A stretch of 64,000 bases of DNA from Mobula hypostoma (Eukaryota). A program made the translations under genes and the position numbers. Below, piece after piece: positions 12,998 through 23,957 of this stretch. Under the pieces are notes generated by a model. The model saw only the letters and a program-made list of their open reading frames with translations, was not told where the DNA came from and made no database searches. Positions within the stretch are counted from its first letter, which is position 1; the number at the start of each line of letters is the position of its first letter. The stretch is from positions 27,220,001-27,284,000 of the forward strand of contig NC_086118.1 in assembly GCF_963921235.1 (NCBI RefSeq), given 5' to 3'.

Positions 12998-13287
12998 TTC
13001 TGCCCGTGCAGACCCCTTTCTTGGGTGGTATCCACAGAACTTTCTTTTTGCACCTCCTCTATTCAGACCCTTACTTTTCTTGAGGCGGTATTCATGAGGG
13101 TTTTCTCTTTTGCACCTCCTCTATTCAGACCCTTACACTTCTTAAGGTGGTATTCACGAGGATTTTCTCTTTTACACCTCGTCTATTCAGACCCTTACTT
13201 TTCTTAAGGCAGTACTCACAAGGATTTTCTTTTTTTCTTTCCCTGCCCGTTCAGACCTTCGTCTCGTACGAAGCGGTATCCACAGGG
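12998..13287 (-). repeat. Five tandem structured units (55-64 bp period) in the retroviral leader
   Basis: CAGAC anchors at 13009, 13064, 13126, 13188 and 13252; each unit folds by hand into stem / internal loop / hairpin. Confidence 0.9.
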
Positions 13288-13627
13288 GCTTACCAACACC
13301 ACGTGGAATTTTTCTTACGTAACTTCTCGTTACCTTATTCATACTCACCCCCCTCACTGCAGTGCTCTTGATTAATCCTCCGAGCCTCCTTTTAACCCTC
13401 AATTCTGCCAGATTCTTTGAATCGGAGAGACCCTTCGGCAGTTGTTTCACATTTCTGCGTCCCTGAGATCTCCCCAAAATCCAACAGAATTCTTAGTCCA
13501 AATTGTCGCTAAAAAGCGCTCACCTTTGTTTGGGTGCACCCTGAATTCTATTAGCTCTGTGGAGGTCCCCCAGGGACTGGGAAGCGCCCTCAATCTGCCG
13601 TTTCCTTCTTCCACGGGTTTCTTCCCG

Positions 13628-13646
13628 ATCCTGCCTGACTACGCCA
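13628..13646 (-). promoter_or_regulatory. Primer binding site, tRNA-Ser
   Basis: Plus strand ATCCTGCCTGACTACGCCA versus the tRNA-Ser 3' end ATCCTGCCGACTACGCCA (one extra base). Confidence 0.8.
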
Positions 13647-15386
13647 GTTTTGTCGTGGTTTTACAAATGACAAGGAGGCGCTGAGGATTATCCAAGAAAT
13701 TTTAAACTTTAATTTGCAAATCAAAGCTGAGACAGTGGGCTAGGCTCTGTGAGTCTGCCACTGAATGCCCACCTGGCTGTTTCACACAGCAATTTTTATA
13801 GCCCCCCCCTTCTGGGTTAACTGCATTAGTATATTGCTGTAAGTTTTACTCTAGCTAATTAATCAATTACTCTTATCTCTCTTACTTGGCTACACTCGTT
13901 TTTCTTGAGGGGTCAAAAGTACACAGGTTTCATTATAACTAATGAATCAATGGTTACATGTGAAATACCATAGGAATCCCCTACACACTCAATAACAGAC
14001 ACTTAATGCATAGTAAACACCTGAATAAACACTTAATGCGCAATAAAAGCACACTAAAATAAACACTTAGAAAATAGAGTGCTACAATGTTTTTCAATAC
14101 TAGCTACAGTAGGTGCTTTACGGCTCGTAGGCTTCACAACTTCATCTGACTGCTCTAGATCCTCCACGCTGGCTTCGGTTGCACCCTGACTCTGCTGACT
14201 GCTCTGCATTTCTGTCCGTAATTTATTTACTTTTGGGACTCTGCTGCTTGTGTTCTTTCTTTGCTTGGACTGTCTTTCTGATTCAACACTGGCTGCTCCA
14301 TTCATCCTGTCAATGAGTAGTTCATCTGTCATTCTCTGATCATCGAGATAAGGCTTAAGCTGAAACCTGATATGGTCACTTGACAGCCCAGTACTAACTG
14401 ACCTCAAGAATCTCTTCTGGATGAGCTCGGGACTGTACTGCTTGTCTGACCCTACTTCTCTTGAAGCAAGTAACAGCCTCTCTTTTAACTCAATTGCTCT
14501 AAAGAGGAAATTTTGGGGAGACTCCCGACTGTCTTGTGTTACGTGTACCAGTCTGTGGTATAAATCTGTAGAACTGTCCTCATTGAAATGTCCCTTTAAT
14601 ATTGTCTTCAGTCGAGGAAGGGTAAGGTCACTTTTTATCTCAAGCATATGACGAATACTCAAACCTGGACTGATTGACTTGATCACCGCTTCCATGACCT
14701 CAGCCTCACTGTGTCCCCTACTCAGGCCTCTGTCAATCTGATGCATCAGGTTTGTGTATGAGAGTGTGTCCTTCTGTCCCCTTTCCTCAATCTGACCCCA
14801 GATCTTGAATTCTCTCCTTATTGTCACTTCCGGGAGCCGGTTCGCAGCCTCAGGCAGCACATTTTGTGGAGCTGAAGCTTGACTTGAAGATGCACTGTTC
14901 ACTCTTTCATTCAGCCTCCTAACTCCACCCTGCAAGGCTTGAGTGTTTAGCTGGAGCTCTAAGTATTTTTCTGCCAAGCTCCTTTCTTCAGCTGTTCTCT
15001 GGCTGGTTTGTGCTGGGTTGTCCGTTTTTCCCCCATTACCAGTGTTTCCAGTATTTCCTCTCATTTGCTCAACTGATTCCATCATTGTCCTTAGATAACA
15101 CTTCACAACATCCTCCTCTTCATCATTAATTACATTGTCCATAGATTCAGTAATTAGTCTAATTAACGTTCGCCTTGTGGTAACATTTTCACATGGGATC
15201 TTAGCTTCCACACACACCTCTTTGAGCTGATCCAGTTGCAAAAGCCATAGTCTCTGAGACAAGGTCTCTGCCAACTCCTCCAGGTCCATTATGTGCGAAG
15301 CCGCCGCGCCCCGAAGCTGCGCGCTCCCGCTGTCTGTCAAACGCGATCCGTGTCCTTGTTGTCGCCACACTGAGCGACGTTAATTT

Positions 15387-15404
15387 TCCCGGGTTTCGGC
15401 ACCA
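15387..15404 (-). promoter_or_regulatory. Primer binding site, tRNA-Phe
   Basis: Minus strand TGGTGCCGAAACCCGGGA is complementary to the vertebrate tRNA-Phe 3' end (..TCCCGGGTTTCGGCACCA). Confidence 0.9.
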
Positions 15405-15410
15405 AATATT

Positions 15411-15789
15411 TGTTGCACACTTGGACACTAAAGGGACTTCCAAGCGTGCAGAAGTTTAAAATAACGTCTTTATTTTCCTTTCTGGAAACACCGGAACACA
15501 AGCGCATCGGCTGTCCAAGCATGCTGCCGGGCCGTCTCCGTCAGGTAGGCACTACCGCGCCGCCAGGCCCCCTCAGCTGCCCCAAGTGCCTGTATAAGCT
15601 TTGGGCCTTGTAACCATCAATTAACCTCCTAAAATATTACCGTTGCTAGTGCAACTGACCATTAATCAAATTGTGAATGAACAAAATAACAAACCAAAGC
15701 AATAAAAATAATATAAACATAATATAAGAAGATTGGTGGGGGGGGGTCCAGTGTCCATTAATATGCTCCACATTACTATGGGTCCCACA
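15411..15789 (-). repeat. 5' LTR of the Gypsy element
   Basis: Direct repeat of 10251-10641, adjacent to the PBS. Confidence 0.95.
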
Positions 15790-16207
15790 TGTGTGATGAC
15801 AAACCTGATTCTAATATGGGTCTCTGTTGTGGACTGAGACTAGCAAGAGGGCAGGGAGAGGGGAAGCATGGTCAGGAAAAGGGAAAGGGCGGGGAGAGGG
15901 AAGGTGGAAGCCCCAGAGAGACATTTTGTATTGATCAATAAACCAATTGTCAGGAATAAAATAATCTTCCCTAGTGTCTCAGGTCTGGTGTGTTGGCACC
16001 CACACCACTGACCCCACACCTCTGGCACTCCTTTGCACCTGTCCCAACCCTTCTCACAGCAATCCATCCTTGCCATTGCTAAAATTCTTTGATCCCACCT
16101 GATTTACCAACTCGCACTCTGCTCCGTGTTGACAAATACAGTATTGTGCAAAAGTCTTGGGCACCCTGGTTATATATATCTGCCTAAGACTTCTGCACAA
16201 AACTGTA
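15790..16207. repeat. Remainder of the composite repeat split by the Gypsy insertion, ending in a TIR hairpin
   Basis: Homologous to 6780-7171; hairpin TACAGTATTGTGCAAAAG..CTTCTGCACAAAACTGTA at 16137-16207. Confidence 0.75.
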
Positions 16208-17874
16208 TATTATGGATCAGACCTTTCACTCACGATGTGACCTCCATTAGGAAAATATGATAAATCCCAGAATCAGGCTGGGGTTTCATGGGGGAAAGTG
16301 GGTACAAGGGTGAGATGTAGGATTGGGGAAATCACAAGAGGAGTTGTAGATGAACAGTTGCTATGCAGATGAATTGGGAAGAGGAAATATCACTGAAGAT
16401 CTGTGAGGGTAAGAATGGTAGAAAGGAGACCATGTAGAAATATAGAGTAGGTGGTCCATGGGTAAGGTTGGTGGTTGAAAGATGAGTCTTGGGGTGTAGA
16501 GTTTGTCATGGAGATGTCAAATTGATCATTGGGGTAAAGTTTGCATTTGTTGAGTTAGTTGTGTCATTATGGAGAGGTTGTTCTTCAAGGAATAGGGTGA
16601 GAAATTGACTAATAATTAAGAAGAGCATTTGGTTGAGGAATGCGATTAGTAATCAGGTTTTAAGGAATAGGATGGTCTGGAGGTGAGTGTAAATTGTGGT
16701 GGGTCTTTATGGATGCAGTGTTTGCATGTACATTACATTTCAACTATTGTTTTGTGCATGTGACTCACCATGTGTATGCCATGCAAAATGCCCCATTTCC
16801 AATTGTATTTAATTTGGTATTGAAATTGGGTTACATGGCATACAAAATATGGGTCTGTGAGTGTATTTTCTAGGCATAAAATGATCTGTACTGTAAATTC
16901 ATTCATTATCTGTCTGTAGATTTAATCATATATAACATATTATAATAAACCCCAATACAATGAAACAATCTAAGGAATTTCACAGAAACTTTAATGAATA
17001 AATGTAAACATCAAGACATATTATGTGGTTTATGATCAATAACCAACAATCAGCTTTCAGGGACATTTCTAAATGAGAAGATGTTTGATGGATTGGAGGG
17101 AAATTTCAGGAGGCATAAAGAAAATTTCTAAACCGTGTGGCTCACAGTATCCCAAAGCAATTTACATTTTACTGACTATGTTTTGAAATGCTTTTTCTGA
17201 TGTAACGCTGGAAACGTGGCAGCCAATTTTTCACATAGAACCTCCTACAATTAGTGATATGATCAAGAGTAGATGGTCAGTTTTACTGATTTTGGTTAAG
17301 GGAGAGATATTGGCTTCTAAAACTGGGTCTCCCTTTGTCTGTTAGATACTGTGAGTAGTGTACTCACAGGTTTTATGTGAAAGTATCAGCCTTGATTTTG
17401 ATGTTCAAGTCTCCCAATTCGCATATTTGCACGATATATAAAATGTACATAAATATATCAAGCGATCATTTACTTCATGAAATCTATACATACCCAGAGG
17501 ATATAACTGAGAGTGTGACAAATTTTTATACCAACTCTCATTTTAAATGTAGATATGGCTATTTTGAGTTCTAAAGGGAAAAAAATACATATCTATGTTT
17601 TTGCAAGGTTATTTCATTGTGTTTCCTTGGTGATGTGCATTGTGAGTCACTGTTACTGTGTTGGAGGTTATTCTGTGCATTTCATTTTATTGACAAAAGG
17701 ATGAAAGGTGACGATTTGCAACAGTGTTAAATGCTCCCAAAATATAGTGAGTTTATGCTCTTAGCACAGTTTTCTGCTACCACTCTATTAGCTTTGCTAC
17801 TGGGAGGTGGGCAGCTATACTGATAGTTTCAGCTTGTTCACCTCTGCGGCGATCTCAGTGAGTGCCAAGCATAT

Positions 17875-18198
17875 GATGGGAAATAATTTCTTCCCCCAGG
17901 CTGTGAGGCTACTGACCTCCCTGCCACACTCAGGTCTCATCACGTCTGAAGTACCAGCAGTGTTACACAGTTTATTTTTTAACTTGTGTCTAAAATGCAC
18001 CTTTTGCTAAATACCAGTCTTCTGGAATATATTTTATTAATTGTTAATTTGTTCGTAGTAATATTAGTTTATGTTTTGTATGTCAGTTGTGCTGTATGTA
18101 CTGTGTTGTGGCCCTTGGTGCCGAGGAATGCTGATTTGTTTAGCGATATACAAGTATATGGCTGAAAGACAATAAGGAAAGTTGAAGCTGAACTTGAT
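17875..18198 (+). mobile_element. Old Rex1/L2-like LINE 3' end
   Basis: NNFFPQAVRLL ORF2 C-terminal motif, AT-rich UTR, and AATAA plus a (TTGAAC)-like tail. Confidence 0.6.
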
Positions 18199-18964
18199 AT
18201 GCTACTAGGAAGAGGAGCTATCTTTGGAAACAAATAAAATGATACTGATAGCAAAGCAGCTGGACATTGGCACTGCTGTTACCCAATTAAAAATCTATGG
18301 CTGGGAAAGTCACCATATTACCTTTTCTATCCTGAATTTATTCAGCACCAGCAATCTTGAATTTGACAACGTTTAGCAGTTGGATTTCTTCCCCGCGTTA
18401 ATCTGATTGAACATGGTTGGGGTGTTTATGTAAGGGGGGACTTTTCTGTACATTTAGCTTGAGAATCATGAAGTGCATAACTGAATAGAATTAATCTGTT
18501 GCAAATATACTGATAAATTATGTCATCAATAATGAAATAAATGTTGAATCTAGAGATTTAATTGTATCTTGCCAGATAGAAGTTCTTTAAATTGGTTGTT
18601 TGTGCAAAAGGGGCATCTGTTGACCTGTCACAACATATTCCATTCCACTGATTTTAATAGAAGGTTTTATACTGATGCAAATTGCCATTATTAAACCAAA
18701 GCTGGCCTCAATGTTAGTGGTGTCAAATACTTTACCATCAGGTCCTGTGACTTCAGAAAGACACAATTTTCATGAATGGAATGTACCAGCATAGATCAAT
18801 TAAAAGTATAGGTTGGAGCTAAATTCCCTCCCTCATAATAACTGGGTATCTGTGATCCTGTATAGGAAGATTAAATAACAATATCAGTAACGACTCAGGA
18901 GTCCTTTGATTGCTTGAAAGTTCCATAAGTAAGCAAAAGCAGAATTATGCTGCTTTTTGGCAGA

Positions 18965-21070
18965 AAATTTTCGGCGGGGCTGCAATCATCGCAAGCACCC
19001 GCTTGTGGGAGAGAGACAGCACGAGGTTTAAAAAGAACTTGGGGCCTTTTGGGATTATTCAGTAGGCTGCAATCATTATGATCATTCTCTTGTGGGAGAG
19101 ACAGTGTGAAGTTTAAGAAGAGTTTGGGACCTTCCCGGAATTTTCTGCGGGCTGCAAGTATCGCAAGCCATTTCTTTTGGGAGTGACAGTGCGAGATTTA
19201 AAGAGCTCAGGGCCTTTTGGGAAATTTTTGGTGGGCTGCAAAGATAATGAACATTTCGGCACTCAGTAAAGGCTAATAAAAAGAAGCGAGGTGTAAATGG
19301 AGTGGCCATTGTAGGAGTGAGCCAGTGTTAGAATGGTTAAGTTCCAGCTCAAAGGGCTTAGGTACGAAGGGGTGAAGGCCCTAAGTAAGCTTCTAGTAAG
19401 ACTCTTTTCTCTTTCTTTATCTATTGGTACGTATCTAGTGCGGTGAGAATGGAACCAACGTTAATGGTACATTTTTCATGTGAGATTTGGGAACTCCTGT
19501 CTCCCTGATAACTACATTTGCATGCAATTCATCGAGCTGCCACTACTTAGGGACCGTGTTAAGGAACTGGAACTGCAACTGGATGGCCCTCAGTTCATAG
19601 GGGAGAATGAGTAGGTTAGTTACAGAGAGGTAGTCACCCCTATGTTGCAGGAGGTAGGTTACAGATTGACAGTCAGGAGAGGGAAAGGGAATAGGCAGCC
19701 CGTGGAGAGTACCTCTGGGGCCATTTCCCTAATAATAATTATACCACTTTGGATACTGTGAGGGGGTTTACCAAGGGAAAGCTGCAGCAACGGTCTCTGG
19801 CTCTGTGGGGGTTGAGGGTGGGGAAGAAGAGGACTGCAGTACTGAAAGGGGATTCCATAGTTGGAGGAGCAGAGTGGAGATTTTGTGAATGTGAATGAGA
19901 CACCCGGATGGAATGTTGCCTCCCAGGTGCCAGAATTGCGGACGATTTGCATCGGGTCCACAGATTTCCAAAAGGGGAGGGTGAACATCCGGAAGTCGTG
20001 GAACATATTAGTACCCACAACATAGGTAGGAAAGGGGATAAGGTTCTGAAGAGAGAATATATGGAGTTAGGTAGAAAACTGAAAAGCAGGCCATCAAGTG
20101 GATTGCTGCCTGTGCCACATGCCAGATTCGGTGAGAAGAAAGGAATTGTCAATGTTTTGGGTTGAATTCATGCAGGATTTGACCTGAAATGTGGACAAAT
20201 CTTTTTCTTCAATAGATACAGCTTGATGTGCTGAATTCCTCCAGTAGGTTTCTATTGTTTTGACAAGGACCTGCATGGCTGGTTGGTCTGGAAGATTGGA
20301 TCACTTGGGATCCAAGGTAAAAGGGCAAATTGGATGCAAGATTTTCTTGGAGGCAGGAAGCAGAAGATGGTTGCATTTCACATTGGAGACCTGAAGCCAG
20401 TTCTGTGCCAGAGGATGAATGCTGGGCCCTTTATTGTTCATCATGTATGACAATGATTTGAAAGAGAAGGTAGGCAGCATGATTAGTAACTTTTTGCAGA
20501 TGACACCAAAATTGTAGATAGTGTGGACAGTGAATTGAAGTTTGAGTAGTGAATAAGATGTATGAATTGCTTTCTATCTTTGGCCGAGGCTTAGAGTACT
20601 GGCATTTGGATGTCATGTTACTGTTGTACAGATATTTGCAGTTCCAGTTGCCATGGCATAGAAAGGATATGATTATGCTATAGAGAATGAGAAAAGATTC
20701 GCAGGGTTGTTGCCTGGACTAGAGGGTTTCGGCTAGAAGGATAGACAGAATAGGCTGGGATTGTTTTCTCTGGAACAAAGGAGATTGAGGGGGTGAGCTA
20801 TTAGAGACTTATGAATTTAAAAAGGTGATAAATATGATAAACAGTCTCAGTCTTTTTCCGAGAGGATAGAGGAGTCTAAAACTAGGGGGTTTAGTTTTAA
20901 ATTGAGAGGGAAAAGATTTAATAGGGACCTTTCATGCAAAGTGGGGCAGATATGTTGAATGAGCTGCTAGAAAAGGTGGTAGAGGCGGGTTTTACATTAT
21001 TGTTGTAGAGACCTGGACAAGCACATGGATATGAAGGGCTTAGAGCATATGGGTAGGGAAGGCAAGCAAA
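18965..21070 (+). mobile_element. Decayed CR1 with tandem 5'-UTR units, ORF1 (zinc finger/esterase) and an internally deleted ORF2 3' part
   Basis: ~85-bp repeats at 18965-19250; ORF1 motifs GDSIV, CCLPGAR, HISTHNIG; FADDT-like RT region at ~20490; Penelope-tail fragment at the junction (20140-20270). Confidence 0.8.
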
Positions 21071-22134
21071 TGAGGTTAGTTGTATAACTTAATGAATCTA
21101 AATAGTTTCAAACAGATTGTAAGGAAAGATCTCAGTTTCAAAATGTCTTCTCTCTCACGAGCATTTGAAATTAGTTTAAAGGATAATTTAAATGAACAGA
21201 GAGAGTCTTACTGAACTGTTTCTGAGGGCTGAAAGATCAATAATATAAAGCACCAATTCAAAATAATTGGCAAAATAATGTGATGTGAGTGGATAAGGAA
21301 TTTATTTTTACGGTTTCCTTATAAAATCTGAAATGAACTGACTAAAAAAAAGTTGGAGCTAGATTTAGTAATAACTTTTGACAAAGAAATTGGATACATA
21401 CCTAGAAAGGAATTAGTTACCAGAGTTATAGAGAAGGAGAAAAAAGTGTGGAACTAGTTGGATATCTATCAAATGCCTACATTCTGTGCAATTAGGGTCT
21501 GTACCGAGTTGTTCTGTGATTTTAATACAAACAGAGCACTCAATACAGTAATTGTGGTTCAAATTGGACAGAAATGTCCTCTAAGTACGCCAGTATAAAT
21601 CAACTGGGAATAGACAGCAGCAGTCCAATATCGTGCAAACTGAAATCATCAAACATAAAATTAAGGTATATTGAGAGAAAAAATATTTAAATAGAGAAGC
21701 TAGTTACAGCAAGATGTTTCTATTCAATAATTTCTTAGAAGTACAAAACTAAGCCATCAGCTTCAATTGCTCTCTACTCCATTAAGAGTCACTGCATGCA
21801 TCAGTAGTGCATTTCACACATCATTGCACTATCATTAAATATCCATTTATACTCCTCCAATTGTTATCTTTCTTATATTAACATTGTTGAAAGTGGTGCC
21901 ATTAAGTGTTGGGCAATTCACTGGGCAGCAACACTTTTGGAACTTGGTTGTAAATCAGTTCTGAATGATGAATTTAATAGTCCTCTGCTGTTGATAAAAC
22001 CAATGCTAATCTAAAGACACTTAGAATCAGATAAGCAAGTGCAGGAGCTAAATTTTAATTTTGGGGTCAAATAGTATGTACCTGTTTAGAGGTACTCACA
22101 AAATAAATTGAAAACCTCTTTAAAGTGGAGTACT

Positions 22135-22260
22135 TTAGCAAAGGTGCAGGTCCTTCGGCCCATCTAGTCCATGCTGAACTATTATTCTGCCTAATGCCAT
22201 TGACCCACACCTGGACCATGGTCCTCCATTCCCTCCCCAGACACATACTTATCCAAATAA
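22135..22260 (-). mobile_element. CR1 3'-tail fragment
   Basis: CAGGTCCTTCGGCCCATCTAGTCCATG stem of the CR1 tail; similar to 53285-53500. Confidence 0.6.
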
Positions 22261-22451
22261 GTGTTCTCCTTTCAGAAAGATAATTATCAGGAAACTCAAT
22301 GTACTCTGAAAGTTCAGTTCTCCTCTGCAATTATCCACGTTTCCTCTGTATTTTCAAATAATTCAATTTTTTTTTTGCAATTTACACAACATTCCTAAGT
22401 GGACTTAACAAAAGTTCTATACAACTTGATTTTACCGTTTTACTAATTTTA

Positions 22452-22860
22452 TTCAAGTTCAACGTTCTAAGAAAGAATTACTATCAAAGTATGTATACAT
22501 CACTATATACAACCCCAAGATTCGTTTTCTTGCAGGCATACTCAATAAATCCATAATAGAATCAATGAAAGACTACACCAACTTGGATGTTCAAGCAAAA
22601 GACAACAAACTGTGCAAATACAAAAATAAATAAATAAAATAATAAACAAATAAGCAATAAATATCGAGAACTTGAAATGAAGTGTCCTTGAACGTGAGTC
22701 CTCAGGTTGTGCATAGGATGGGGCAAGTGAAGTTGAGTGATGTTATGCCTTCTTGTTCAGGAGCCTGATGGTTGAGCACTAATAACTGTTTCTAACCCTG
22801 GTGCTGTGATTCCTGAGGCTCCTGCACCTTCTTTCTGATGGCTAGTTGAAGACGTGGACC
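22452..22860 (-). mobile_element. Rex1/L2-like LINE 3' end
   Basis: Homologous to 40803-41355. Confidence 0.7.
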
Positions 22861-23308
22861 TAGTCATAGTCATAGTCATACTTTATTGATCCCGGGGGAA
22901 ATTGGTTTTTGTTACAGTTGCACCATAAATAATAAATAGTAATAGAACCATAAATAGTTAAATAGTAATATGTAAATTATGCCAGTAAATTGTGAAATAA
23001 GTCCAGGACCAGCCTATTGGCTCAGGGTGTCTGACCCTCCAAGGGAGGAGTTGTAAAGTTTGATGGCCACAGGCAGGAATGACTTCCTATGATGCTCTGT
23101 GTTGCATCTCGGTGGAATGAGTCTCTGGCTGAATGTACTCCCGTGCCCACCCAGTACATTATGTAGTGGATGGGAGACATTGACCAAGATGGCATGCAAC
23201 TTAGACAGCATCCTCTTTTCAGACACCACCGTGAGAGAGTCCAGTTCCATCCCCACAACATCGCTGGCCTTATGAATGAGTTTGTTGATTCTGTTGGTGT
23301 CTGCTACC
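22861..23308 (-). mobile_element. 5'-truncated Rex1/Babar LINE
   Basis: (TAGTCA)n tail; ORF 23014-23256 is nearly identical to 8402-8644. Confidence 0.92.
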
Positions 23309-23709
23309 TGACTGAGGTTACAGTCAGTTCACCCATATTATGTTCACCTGTTATTAAATGGAGAACACTTGGTGGGCACAGTGACTGATTCCTGCTATTA
23401 TTTGTATGCTTTTGTCCAGTCTAATGCTATTATTCTCAAATGTCAAACCTTATTAAAGATCCCTTGAACCTAACAATTACATCCATGTGCTTACCTGTCT
23501 TTTACTACAAATAATTCAATTAGATTGGTTAGACGTAATATTTTTCAGAAGTCCATGCTGACTAATTTTTATCATGTTATCTCATTTTCAGATATTTTGC
23601 AAACTTAACTTTTAGCAAATGCTAAACAAAATGCTTAGTTATAGGTATTCCATAGAACACTTTTCCTAAATCTGTGATTCCACCATTAGACAAAAGTTCA
23701 TATAAATGT

Positions 23710-23957
23710 GGGAGGGAACGTCGACTCAGACCATGAGAGGCCTGTGTCGGGCATTTTCATGCCTTACAAGGCTCAGATTGGAAGTCTGTGTGGGGGCCAC
23801 TCCTCGCACAGACTGGAGCAATGTGTGATTAAGTGCCTTGCTCAAGGGCACAAACACACTGCCGCACCTGAGGCTCGAACTAGCGACTTTGAGGTAACCA
23901 GATGAACGCCTTAACCACTCGGCCACATGCTCAAACTCCCTCACTCCCCTCCCTCCC
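23710..23957 (-). mobile_element. tRNA-derived SINE
   Basis: A-box TGGCCGAGTGG and B-box AGTTCGAGCC on minus; 12-bp TSD TCATATAAATGT (23698-23709, 23958-23969); same family as 63891-64000. Confidence 0.9.

Larger units (their letters stand above)
12718..14100 (-). mobile_element. Nested ERV-like LTR element remnant (5' LTR, PBS, leader, terminal ~95 bp of the 3' LTR)
   Basis: 12718-12813 is repeated at 13652-13743; PBS beside 13651; flanked by a TAGC (or ACTAGC) duplication of gag sequence. Confidence 0.85.
12416..15288 (-). pseudogene. gag: Gypsy gag, interrupted by a nested insertion at 12718-14100
   Basis: Open from MDLEELAETL to the insertion point (capsid-like REFKIWGQI..ESPQNFLFRA). 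C-terminal zinc knuckle CFKCGQTGHLSRGC at 12416-12607. Confidence 0.85.
10251..15789 (-). mobile_element. Ty3/Gypsy LTR retrotransposon, internally deleted
   Basis: TG..CA LTRs at 10251-10641 and 15411-15789; polypurine tract (AGGGGAGAG on minus) at 10642-10650; PBS next to the 5' LTR. Gag, CCHC, protease and integrase C-terminal remnants. 4-bp TSD TGAG/TGTG with one mismatch. Confidence 0.95.

Noticed and set aside
12998..13287. CRISPR-like repeat-spacer array
   Set aside because: Eukaryotic context, no cas genes, and the inter-repeat segments are homologous to each other rather than unique spacers.
23860..23932. Functional tRNA genes (also 51440-51505 and 63891-63960)
   Set aside because: The tRNA-like heads continue into SINE bodies (with TSDs where both ends are visible) and lack a proper acceptor stem and terminator.
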